In this document: piece by piece, positions 30,952 through 39,013 of the stretch
Layout: every line of letters starts with the position of its first letter
Position numbering within the stretch: position 1 is the first letter of the stretch
Assembly (NCBI RefSeq): GCF_000940805.1
Contig: NZ_CP007142.1
Location: 408,593-472,592 of the forward strand
Length of the DNA: 64,000 bases
Direction of reading: 5' to 3'
From: Gynuella sunshinyii YC6258
Lineage (GTDB): Bacteria; Pseudomonadota; Gammaproteobacteria; Pseudomonadales; Natronospirillaceae
Notes under the pieces: generated by a model
Told to the model about the DNA's origin: nothing
Databases searched by the model: none
Seen by the model: the letters and a program-made list of their open reading frames with translations, nothing else
Translations under genes and position numbers: made by a program

Positions 30952-30967
30952 TGGCACAGAGCTTGGA
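30952..30967 (+). promoter_or_regulatory. Candidate sigma54 (-24/-12) promoter TGGCAC-agagc-TTGGA, reading toward the tRNA-like RNA and SPFH/NTase genes
   Basis: Perfect -24 TGGCAC with correct spacing. The -12 element is TTGG rather than the consensus TTGC. Divergent from rtcR, matching the position where RtcR-activated promoters lie in enterobacteria. Confidence 0.35.
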
Positions 30968-31076
30968 ATAACAATATTGAATGTGATCACTGGCAGCGGC
31001 GCGGGTTCTGTACACCCGCCTGGCATCCCTCTCCATGAGACCGGATGTACCGACAGTATCGGACAGTACATTCACA

Positions 31077-31152
31077 CGTTTGATAGCTCATACGGTAGAG
31101 CAGTTGACTCATAATCAATGGGTAACGGGTTCGAATCCCGTTCAAACATCCA
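31077..31152 (+). ncRNA. tRNA-like RNA with a CAT (Met-type) anticodon. It has a 76-nt canonical cloverleaf with an encoded CCA, a C1·A72 mismatch and an AU-rich acceptor stem.
   Basis: Manual fold: acceptor 31077-83/31142-48 (6 of 7 pairs); D-stem GCTC/GAGC; anticodon stem GTTGA/TCAAT with loop CTCATAA; T-stem ACGGG/CCCGT with T-loop TTCGAAT. The anticodon and T arm closely resemble elongator tRNA-Met. Confidence 0.55.
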
Positions 31153-31418
31153 TGGTAAAGCCCTTCCAGGCTCAGGGTTCAAATCCCTCTTTAAATATAA
31201 ACGGGCGCAAGCCCAAAGCGGTGTGCCGCGTTTATCAGACCCGTTGTCGATAAACCCGGGCATACCCGGACCCGGGAGCTGAAATGCCAGGGGCGCTGGC
31301 TGACGCCGGTGGGGGCCAGGGATGGTCGTAGATTCAGGTGTAATCCCCACCGGCCTCAGACAGTCAACCGGCATTCCCTCCCGGCATCTGATCAATATGG
31401 ATCAAAAAAGGAGTCGTT

Positions 31419-32582
31419 ATGAAATTGTGGACCTCCATCAGCGTGGCTGATGATGAAAGAGTTTTATTGTACCGGGACCGTCAGCTGGTCCGGGTACTGC
31501 ACAGCGGTCGCTATCGCATGTTTGATCCCGGCCGGCGCTACAGCACAGAAACCCTGTCGCTGCGCGAAGCCGGCGTCAAACATGGCAACCTTGAAGTACT
31601 GCTGACCCTGGAGATTTTCCGCGCCGAGGTGGACGTTGAAACCATCGGCCAGGAAGAAGTCGGCATCGTGCGTCTGGATGGACAGGTGAAAGCGGTATTG
31701 GAACCGGGATCGCGCTTTGTCCGCTGGCGCAGCAGTGAGAATCTGACGCTGGAATGCATCGACATTTCCAATAACTACCGCATCGCTCCGGCGTTGCTGG
31801 CGCAATTGGAACGCTCGGGTGTGAACGGCATCGGCAGCCATAAGGCCTGGATGCAGTTGACCGTGCCGGATCAGACACTGGGTCAGCTGTTTGTGGATGG
31901 TCGTCTGGCCGAGACCCTGCCGAGCGGCCGCTATGGTTTCTGGTTGTACAACCGGGAACTCAACACCCAGGTCAGTGACCTGAAGTGGCAATCGGTGGAA
32001 ATCAGCGGTCAGGAAATTCTGACCAGGGACCGGGTCAGCCTGCGGTTGAACCTGAACGCGGTTTACCGCTTCAGCGATGTGGTGAAGTTGCTGTCTCAGG
32101 TGAAAAGCCCTGGTGATTATATCTACCGGCGTTTGCAGCTGGCACTGCGGGAAACGGTCGGTACCCGCACTCTGGATGAGTTGCTGGCGGATAAAAACGC
32201 CATCGCCAAAACCATCACCAAATCGGTCAGCGAGCACTTGCAGGAGATGGGATTCGAACTCGAACAGATTGGTATAAAGGACATCATTCTGCCCGGTGAT
32301 ATGAAAGATATTCTGAATCAGGTGGTGCAGGCTCAGAAAACCGCCGAGGCCAACCTGATCCGCCGGCGGGAAGAGACTGCCGCAACCCGTTCGCTGCAAA
32401 ACACCGCCAGAATGATCGAGGGTAACCCGGTGCTGTTACGCCTGAAGGAACTGGAGGCACTGGAAAAAGTGGCGGATCGGATCGGTCATCTGACCGTATA
32501 CGGAGGGCTCGAAGGGGTCATGAATGGACTGGTATCTCTGACCGGGGCGGTGAAATCCTCCAACGGTCAAACAACCTCATAA
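31419..32582 (+). CDS. SPFH/band-7 (stomatin/HflK-like) domain protein with a roughly 200-aa N-terminal extension and no TM anchor
   Basis: Band-7 core DRVSLRLNLNAVYRFSD...ITKSVSEHLQEMGFELEQIGIKDIILPGDMKDILNQVVQAQKTAEANLIRRREETAATRS followed by a coiled-coil tail. No hydrophobic helix is present. Confidence 0.75.
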   Translation: MKLWTSISVADDERVLLYRDRQLVRVLHSGRYRMFDPGRRYSTETLSLREAGVKHGNLEVLLTLEIFRAEVDVETIGQEEVGIVRLDGQVKAVLEPGSRFVRWRSSENLTLECIDISNNYRIAPALLAQLERSGVNGIGSHKAWMQLTVPDQTLGQLFVDGRLAETLPSGRYGFWLYNRELNTQVSDLKWQSVEISGQEILTRDRVSLRLNLNAVYRFSDVVKLLSQVKSPGDYIYRRLQLALRETVGTRTLDELLADKNAIAKTITKSVSEHLQEMGFELEQIGIKDIILPGDMKDILNQVVQAQKTAEANLIRRREETAATRSLQNTARMIEGNPVLLRLKELEALEKVADRIGHLTVYGGLEGVMNGLVSLTGAVKSSNGQTTS

Positions 32583-32595
32583 CGGGAGACAGACA

Positions 32596-33363
32596 ATGGA
32601 ACAGAGAATCCTTGCAACGTTGGAGCGGATCGAATGGGAATACGGCGTGGATATCCTCTACGCCTGCGAATCCGGCAGTCGCGCCTGGGGCTTTGTCTCA
32701 CCGAACAGCGACTACGATGTCCGCTTCATCTATGTGCATCCACTGGATCACTATTTATCGGTGGGCAGGCAGCGGGATGTGATTGAAGAACCGATTATCG
32801 ATGATCTCGACATCAACGGCTGGGATCTGCGCAAGGCCCTCGGGCTGATGCGCGGCAGTAATCCCAGTCTGCTGGAGTGGCTGCATTCGCCGGTGGTGTA
32901 CCACAGTCGTGAGTGGTTTGAATACGAGCTGCGGGAACTGGCATTGCAAAGCCTGGATCGCCGGGCGTTGTTTCACCACTATCGCTCAATGGCCGGCAAT
33001 GACTGGCGAAAAGTACGCAAAGCCGACCGGGAAGTTCCCCTGAAGCGCTACTTTTACATGCTGCGCACCGCGCTGTGCGCGCTTTGGGTGATGGACCCTG
33101 ACAAACCGGCGATGCCACCGGTGGCATTCGCAGAACTACTGGCGCAAACAGACATGGATGCGGTCGTTCGGGCGACGATCGGGGAGCTGCAAACACTCAA
33201 GGCCAGTCTGGCCGAGAAATGCTCGATCCCCCGAGTCGTGGTGCTGGACGACTTTCTCGCCGATGCGTTTGCCCGTATGGATGCGGCCAGTCCGGAGAAA
33301 AGAGCGCCGATGCCACTGGCACCATTCGATCAACTGCTGATCAACACCGTAAGGGCGGCCTGA
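32596..33363 (+). CDS. Pol-beta-superfamily nucleotidyltransferase (the RNA-repair-associated NTase family)
   Basis: ESGSRAWGFVSPNSDYDVRFIY matches the hG[GS]...[DE]h[DE]h NTase signature. Length 255 aa. Lies 13 nt downstream of the SPFH gene. Confidence 0.65.
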   Translation: MEQRILATLERIEWEYGVDILYACESGSRAWGFVSPNSDYDVRFIYVHPLDHYLSVGRQRDVIEEPIIDDLDINGWDLRKALGLMRGSNPSLLEWLHSPVVYHSREWFEYELRELALQSLDRRALFHHYRSMAGNDWRKVRKADREVPLKRYFYMLRTALCALWVMDPDKPAMPPVAFAELLAQTDMDAVVRATIGELQTLKASLAEKCSIPRVVVLDDFLADAFARMDAASPEKRAPMPLAPFDQLLINTVRAA

Positions 33364-33376
33364 CCGCCCTTTTTTT
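33353..33376 (+). terminator. Rho-independent terminator GGGCGG-cctga-CCGCCC-TTTTTTT, with the stop codon in the loop
   Basis: 6-bp GC stem followed by a 7-T tract immediately at the end of the NTase gene. Confidence 0.8.
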
Positions 33377-33391
33377 CGTCTGTCAAAACCT

Positions 33392-34831
33392 TCAGATTGG
33401 GACCTTCGGCGTCGCCGCCGATAATTGTCGCGAAACGAGCCGGCATAATTCAGCTAACTGCCAACAGGCGCTATCGGTTTCCTGCTCAGCCTGAAGCGGC
33501 CAGCCACAATTGATCCGCAGACAATCGTGATAGACCGGATGGGTACTGAAACAGGCACCGCTGCGGACATCGATATGCTGCTGTCGGGCAGTCTGTTCCA
33601 GCGCCACCGCATCCAGACCGGCAATCTGAACCCACAATACCAGCCCGCCTTCCGGTGCACTGACATTGGCATGCGCCGGTAAATGCTGCCGCAGAAACTG
33701 ACGATACTGATGGATCTGGTGTTGCAGTCGTAGCCGTATTTTATGCAGGTGGGCGCGGTATTCACCCGTGGCGATCAGTTCTCCGACACAGGCCTGCGTC
33801 AAAGTGTTCACCCCCAGGCTGGTCAGCCCATGACGGTCCAGATAGGCCTGCTGATAACGCCCCGGCAGACACCAGCCCAGCCGCAACCCCGGCGCCAGGG
33901 TCTTGGACATGGAGCCACACCAAAGCATATAACCCTGCCGGTCCCAGTATTTGGCGGGCAGGGTATGGCACTGCTGATGGCCTAATTCGAGATAGATATC
34001 GTCTTCGATAATCGGAATCTGATAGCGGGCGGCCAGCTCCGCCAATGCCTGCTTCTGTGCCACCGGCAAAGTGGTACCGAGAGGATTGATATGGGTGGTA
34101 CTCAGCAAGGCCGCGGTGATTTCCCCGCCGGCCATACAGGCTTCCAGCATCGGCAGATGAATACCGTCATGAGTGACCGGGATTTCGATGATCTTGCGCG
34201 ACAAAGTCGCCAGCAGATCCAGCAGGCCGCTGAAACAGGGCGAGCAAACGGCGACGGTATCGCCTTCGGTGGTCACGCATTCAAGGGCCAGCCGGACCGC
34301 TTCCAGGCAACCGTTGGTGATCACCAGTTCCGATGGCGCAAAGGCAAAATGGTCTTCCCGAAAATGCCGTGCCAGGGCCGTGCGCAATGACAATTCTCCC
34401 TGCAGTTCCGGATACCGCAGCAGACCCGGGTGAGAGCGTCGGGCCACCCGGCGGATGGTTCGTTGCAGCGCTTCTCCAGGCTGTAACTCCGGTGCCAGCA
34501 TGGAGGTGCCCAGAGGATTGAAATGATTGCTGTGGGGATTGTAACCATTGCCTGGTGCGAACCGTTTGGGGTCGCGGCTTTCCATCGGCAGGGTCTCCGG
34601 CACCGGAAAATGATCGTCTCCTGTCTGACTGGCGACGTAGTAGCCGGACTGCGGCAGGGCGTAGATCCAGCCAGTTTGCTGCAGGTAGTCATAAGTGCGG
34701 GTCGCGGTGGTCATACTCACTTTGTTCTGCCTGGCCATCACCCGCAGCGCCGGCAATCGTGTACCGGCCGGCAATCGCTGCTGCCGGATGTCATCGATCA
34801 CCCGTTGCGCCAGTGTTTCATAGAGTGTCAT
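33392..34831 (-). CDS. MocR/PdxR-type transcriptional regulator (GntR HTH fused to an aminotransferase-like domain)
   Basis: N-terminal GntR HTH and a fold-type I PLP domain with SMSKTLAPGLRLGW around the lysine. Confidence 0.85.
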   Translation of the reverse strand: MTLYETLAQRVIDDIRQQRLPAGTRLPALRVMARQNKVSMTTATRTYDYLQQTGWIYALPQSGYYVASQTGDDHFPVPETLPMESRDPKRFAPGNGYNPHSNHFNPLGTSMLAPELQPGEALQRTIRRVARRSHPGLLRYPELQGELSLRTALARHFREDHFAFAPSELVITNGCLEAVRLALECVTTEGDTVAVCSPCFSGLLDLLATLSRKIIEIPVTHDGIHLPMLEACMAGGEITAALLSTTHINPLGTTLPVAQKQALAELAARYQIPIIEDDIYLELGHQQCHTLPAKYWDRQGYMLWCGSMSKTLAPGLRLGWCLPGRYQQAYLDRHGLTSLGVNTLTQACVGELIATGEYRAHLHKIRLRLQHQIHQYRQFLRQHLPAHANVSAPEGGLVLWVQIAGLDAVALEQTARQQHIDVRSGACFSTHPVYHDCLRINCGWPLQAEQETDSACWQLAELCRLVSRQLSAATPKVPI

Positions 34832-34961
34832 GGGTCGTTTCCCGCTGCTCTGATCGGTATGAGCGCAAAATTGTACTCTTATTTTTCACAAAAATTGAAT
34901 CTGCACCCTTTTTCCAGGATCACCGATACTGTGGATTCGGATCATGAATACTGAGGACACC

Positions 34962-35852
34962 ATGAAAAAACTCGATGTTTTCCTGCTGGTTGCACTGATG
35001 GCACTGTGGGGCCTGAATTTCAGTGTGATCAAGCTCGGGGTCAACCATGTCGAACCGCTACTGCTGACGGCCATGCGGTTTGCCTTTGCCAGCTTTCCAT
35101 TGCTGCTGTTCATTAAACGACCGGACGTGCCATGGCGCTATCTGATGGCATACGGCCTGTCGTTCGGGGTCGGGGTGTGGGGTTTGACGACGCTGGCCGT
35201 CTACGCCGGCACCTCGGCAGGCATGGCGTCTCTGTTGTTGGATATGAGTGTCGTCAGCAGTCTGCTGGTGGGATATGTCTGCCTCAACGAACGCATCACC
35301 CGGATGAAACTGCTCGGTTCTGCGTTTGCGCTGGCAGGGCTGGCCATCATCATCCGCTTCAATGGTGGCGCAATCACGACCAAGGGACTGATCCTGGTGT
35401 TGCTGGCGTCGGTCTGCTGGAGTGTCAACGGACTGATCGTCAAGCGTGCCGGCACCCGGGCTGTGTTCGCCTTTAATATCTGGGCCATGGCATTTGCCCC
35501 ATTGCCGCTGGTCCTGCTGGCCAGCTGGATTCACGGTCCCCAGGCGATCATGAATCTGCCAGCTAAAATTGATGCCCCGGCACTCTTTTCGGCGCTTTTT
35601 CAGGCCTATCCAACCACTCTGCTGGGTTACTGGTTCTGGAACAAAATGATGGTGAAATACAGCGTCTCCAGCGTCGCACCCATGACGCTGCTGGTACCGG
35701 TATTTGGCCTGCTGGGTGGTTATCTGTTCTATCAGGAGCAACTGATCTTGCCTCAGGTACTGGCGGCGGTGCTGATTCTGGCCGGCCTGATGATTGGCGA
35801 AATGCGCGGCTGGCGTCAACGGCCAGCCAGACTGCAATCAGTAGTGGATTAA
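34962..35852 (+). CDS. EamA/DMT-family transporter
   Basis: Ten TM helices in a two-EamA-repeat architecture. Start at MKKLDVF is preceded by GAGGA. Divergent from the MocR regulator. Confidence 0.75.
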   Translation: MKKLDVFLLVALMALWGLNFSVIKLGVNHVEPLLLTAMRFAFASFPLLLFIKRPDVPWRYLMAYGLSFGVGVWGLTTLAVYAGTSAGMASLLLDMSVVSSLLVGYVCLNERITRMKLLGSAFALAGLAIIIRFNGGAITTKGLILVLLASVCWSVNGLIVKRAGTRAVFAFNIWAMAFAPLPLVLLASWIHGPQAIMNLPAKIDAPALFSALFQAYPTTLLGYWFWNKMMVKYSVSSVAPMTLLVPVFGLLGGYLFYQEQLILPQVLAAVLILAGLMIGEMRGWRQRPARLQSVVD

Positions 35853-35997
35853 CGTCGCCAACCGGTCATCGGGTCACATTTTCGCGCCCTTTCCAGGCAA
35901 TTCGTTGCCATATGAATCGCTATGAACTTGTATATAAAGAGCAGGTCAGGATCATAGCGGTCATACCAACTGTACGGATGGATGGAAAGGAACAGAC

Positions 35998-37785
35998 ATG
36001 ATTGAGTCGTTAAACCCCTCGTTTTTGCTTGCGTTGCTGATGCTGGCAGGTTTTTTCTGTCAGTGGCTGGGGTGGCGCTCCGGACTGCCGGCAATCTTGT
36101 TTTTGCTGCTCACCGGGATGGTGCTGGGACCACTGACCGGCTGGGTGAATCCCGATGAGCTGTTAGGGGAGTTGCTGTTCCCGTTTGTGTCTCTGGGGGT
36201 TGCGGTGATCCTGTTTGAAGGCAGCCTGACCCTGAAGTTTCATGAAATCTCCGGCCTCAAAAACGTCATTCGCAATATGACCACCATCGGCGTACTGCTG
36301 ACCTGGGGCCTGATGACCGCCATCACCTGCTGGCTTGCACAGGTCCCGTTGGCGGTGGCCGCGCTGTTCGGTGCACTGATGACCGTTACCGGTCCGACCG
36401 TGGTGGTCCCCATGCTGCGCAGCATCAACGCCAAAGCCAATATCGCCAATATTCTGCGCTGGGAAGGCATCGTGGTGGACCCCATCGGTGCACTGCTGGC
36501 GGTATTGGTGTTTGAAGCCATCGTCACCGGTGATCAGGCCCATAGCCTGATCGCCTTTGCCCGACTGGTGGGAGCCGGGATCATGCTCGGACTGGTCGGG
36601 GCATTGATCATGCGTCAGGCATTACTGAAGCAATGGATTCCGAACTATCTGGTGAACTTTTTCAGCCTGGCAGTGCTGTTGGTGGTCTTTACCCTGGCCA
36701 ATCATTTTGAAGATGAAGCCGGGTTGGTGGCGGTCACCTTGATGGGCATCGTGCTGGCCAACCTCAAAGGCGTGCATATGGAATCGATTCTGGATTTCAA
36801 GGAACACCTTTCCGTCCTGCTGATTTCCATGATGTTCATTCTGCTGGCGGCCCGCATGGACTTTCAGGCCATCGCCGGGCTGGGGTTCGCTGCCATACTG
36901 ATACTGCTGAGCGCGCAGCTGCTGGTGAGGCCATTGGCAGTATGGGTTTCGACCCTGGGCAGCGACCTGCGGTGGACAGAACGCGCCATGCTGGCGTGGA
37001 TTGCCCCGCGGGGTATCGTCGCTGCCGCCATTGCCTCATTGTTTGCCCTGAAACTGGCTGAAGCGGGGATTGAAGGGGCTGAAGCGCTGCTGCCACTGAC
37101 ATTTGTCATGATCGTCGGCACGGTGCTGATTCAGAGCTTCAGCGCCGGCTGGCTGGCGAAAAAGCTGGATGTCTCACTGGCCAATGCTCAGGGCGTTCTG
37201 ATTCACGGCGCCAACAAGATCTCTCTGGCACTGGCGACCAGCCTGCAAAAACAGGGCTTTGATGTGATTGTGGCCGATCAGGACCGCCGCCACATCAACG
37301 AAGCACGGATGCTGGGTCTGCGCACTTATTTCGGTAATGTGCTGAGTGAGCATGCAGACATTCACCTGGATCTGATGGGCATGAAAAAGCTGCTGCTGAT
37401 GAGCCGGCGTGAAGACGGCAACCATCTGATCTTTAACCAGTACAAACACGACTTTCCCGAAAACGGCATCTATGCCCTCAACACGGCGGCTCCCTCCAAT
37501 AATGAAAAAGCCCAGGTCCGCAAACATTTACGCGCCCGGGTACTGTTCGCCGAAACCTGTACCTGGAGCAAATTATCGAGTTTGTTCAGCCAGGGAGCGG
37601 AAATCCGCGTCACCACCATCACCGATGAGTTCACCTTTGCCCGCTACCGGGAGCACTGGAATGACCGGTTTATTCCGCTGTATGCCATTTCCCCGGACAA
37701 GAAACTCAAAATCATGGCGGCCGATTCCGAATTTGACATCAAATCCGGATGGCAGATTGCGTCACTGGTCTCAACAGACATGTAG
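35998..37785 (+). CDS. CPA1 Na+(K+)/H+ antiporter (NhaP/CvrA-like) with a C-terminal cytoplasmic regulatory domain
   Basis: Twelve or more TM helices with CPA1 motifs (FEGSL, TGPTVVVP), followed by a roughly 200-aa soluble tail. Confidence 0.75.
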   Translation: MIESLNPSFLLALLMLAGFFCQWLGWRSGLPAILFLLLTGMVLGPLTGWVNPDELLGELLFPFVSLGVAVILFEGSLTLKFHEISGLKNVIRNMTTIGVLLTWGLMTAITCWLAQVPLAVAALFGALMTVTGPTVVVPMLRSINAKANIANILRWEGIVVDPIGALLAVLVFEAIVTGDQAHSLIAFARLVGAGIMLGLVGALIMRQALLKQWIPNYLVNFFSLAVLLVVFTLANHFEDEAGLVAVTLMGIVLANLKGVHMESILDFKEHLSVLLISMMFILLAARMDFQAIAGLGFAAILILLSAQLLVRPLAVWVSTLGSDLRWTERAMLAWIAPRGIVAAAIASLFALKLAEAGIEGAEALLPLTFVMIVGTVLIQSFSAGWLAKKLDVSLANAQGVLIHGANKISLALATSLQKQGFDVIVADQDRRHINEARMLGLRTYFGNVLSEHADIHLDLMGMKKLLLMSRREDGNHLIFNQYKHDFPENGIYALNTAAPSNNEKAQVRKHLRARVLFAETCTWSKLSSLFSQGAEIRVTTITDEFTFARYREHWNDRFIPLYAISPDKKLKIMAADSEFDIKSGWQIASLVSTDM

Positions 37786-37789
37786 CATG

Positions 37790-39013
37790 CTATTCATGCC
37801 GTAGTGCTTCGATTGGATCCAGCCGGGCAGCCCGATGAGCCGGGAAATAACCGAAAACCACCCCTACAGCGGAGGAAAACACAAATGAGCCTATCATAAT
37901 GCCCGGATCCATCGTAAATGGCAGATGCATGAACACGGAAATACTGTAAGACAAGCCAACCGCCAGGCCGATGCCCATAAGTCCTCCGAGTGAAGACAAC
38001 ACGACCGCTTCCACCAGAAACTGCCACAATACTTCGTGTTCCAGCGCACCAATTGCCAGCCGGATACCGATCTCCCGGGTTCGCTCGGTCACCGAGACCA
38101 GCATGATATTCATGATGCCAATACCTCCCACCAGCAGACTGACACCGGCTACGGCTCCCAGCAACCCGGTCAGGGTCTGGGTGGTGCTGGTCAGGGTTTC
38201 AGCCAGTTCGGTGGTATCCATGATGTTGTAGTTGTCATCTTCGTTGGCGGCAATATTACGGCGCAGCCGCAACAGCCTATTGAGGCGGTCTTCGACATGT
38301 TCAGAATCGATACCATCCTGCAGTGAAATATAGATCTGCTGGACCTCACGATCACCGGCAATGCGTTTCTGAAAGGTCGGAAAAGGCATGAGCACGATGT
38401 CGTCCTGATCATTACCAAAACTGGTCTGACCCTTGGCTTTCAGCACCCCGATAACGGTGCAATTGTAGCTGCCGACCCGTATTTTCTGATCCAGCGGTGA
38501 CTGATCGGCAAACAGCTCCCCAACGATCGTTTGACCGATAATACAGACCGCACCACCGTTGTTATCTTCGTCTGCAGTGAAGGAGCGGCCTTCGGCAATG
38601 ACCCAGTTGCCGGCGGTCAGGTACTCATCTGTAGTACCGCGCACGGTGGAGCTCCAGCTGCTGTTGCCATGAATCAGTGTGGCACTGCCGGCACTGACCG
38701 GCGCAATGGCCTTGATCCCGGCAATTTCAAGTTCAATCGCGGCGAGATCCTCAAGCTCGAATCCCGGTGACTTGACCCGGTCACGACTACCGGGACCAAA
38801 CCCCTGGCCGCGGTTGATCATCATCAGGTTGCTACCCAGGCTGGAAACCCGCGCCTTGACCTGCTCCGTGGCACCATTACCGACAGTGACCATGGTAATG
38901 ACTGCAGCCACGCCGATGATGATTCCGAGCGTGGTCAGGAAGGAACGCAGAACGTTACGCCGGATTTCCTGCAGTGCCAGCTTCAGAGCATTGCCCAACA
39001 TCAATATCAGCAT
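37790..39013 (-). CDS. ABC transporter permease, MacB/FtsX family
   Basis: N-terminal TM helix, a large periplasmic MacB_PCD-like domain, then a C-terminal FtsX 3-TM bundle. Confidence 0.8.
   Translation of the reverse strand: MLILMLGNALKLALQEIRRNVLRSFLTTLGIIIGVAAVITMVTVGNGATEQVKARVSSLGSNLMMINRGQGFGPGSRDRVKSPGFELEDLAAIELEIAGIKAIAPVSAGSATLIHGNSSWSSTVRGTTDEYLTAGNWVIAEGRSFTADEDNNGGAVCIIGQTIVGELFADQSPLDQKIRVGSYNCTVIGVLKAKGQTSFGNDQDDIVLMPFPTFQKRIAGDREVQQIYISLQDGIDSEHVEDRLNRLLRLRRNIAANEDDNYNIMDTTELAETLTSTTQTLTGLLGAVAGVSLLVGGIGIMNIMLVSVTERTREIGIRLAIGALEHEVLWQFLVEAVVLSSLGGLMGIGLAVGLSYSISVFMHLPFTMDPGIMIGSFVFSSAVGVVFGYFPAHRAARLDPIEALRHE

Noticed and set aside
31077-31152. Initiator tRNA-fMet interpretation of the cloverleaf (because of the C1·A72 mismatch)
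   Set aside because: It lacks the three consecutive G-C pairs in the anticodon stem and the A11:U24 D-stem pair characteristic of bacterial initiators. The T-loop is TTCGAAT, not TTCAAAT.
31072-31395. The 107-aa minus-strand ORF overlapping the tRNA-like element and structured leader
   Set aside because: It is antisense to a region better explained as structured RNA. It is GC-rich and Pro/Arg/Gly-rich, typical of random ORFs in GC-rich RNA genes.
31035-31400. tmRNA (ssrA) or RNase P RNA
   Set aside because: No tag-peptide reading frame of the ...ANDENYALAA type. No conserved P4 or pseudoknot sequences. Length and motif order do not fit either RNA.
31464-36543. Long antisense ORFs opposite real genes (31464..32399-, 35058..35837-, 36163..36543- and similar)
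   Set aside because: They mirror GC-rich sense genes that have strong homology. Their amino-acid composition is skewed to Arg/Gln/His/Pro and they have no domains.
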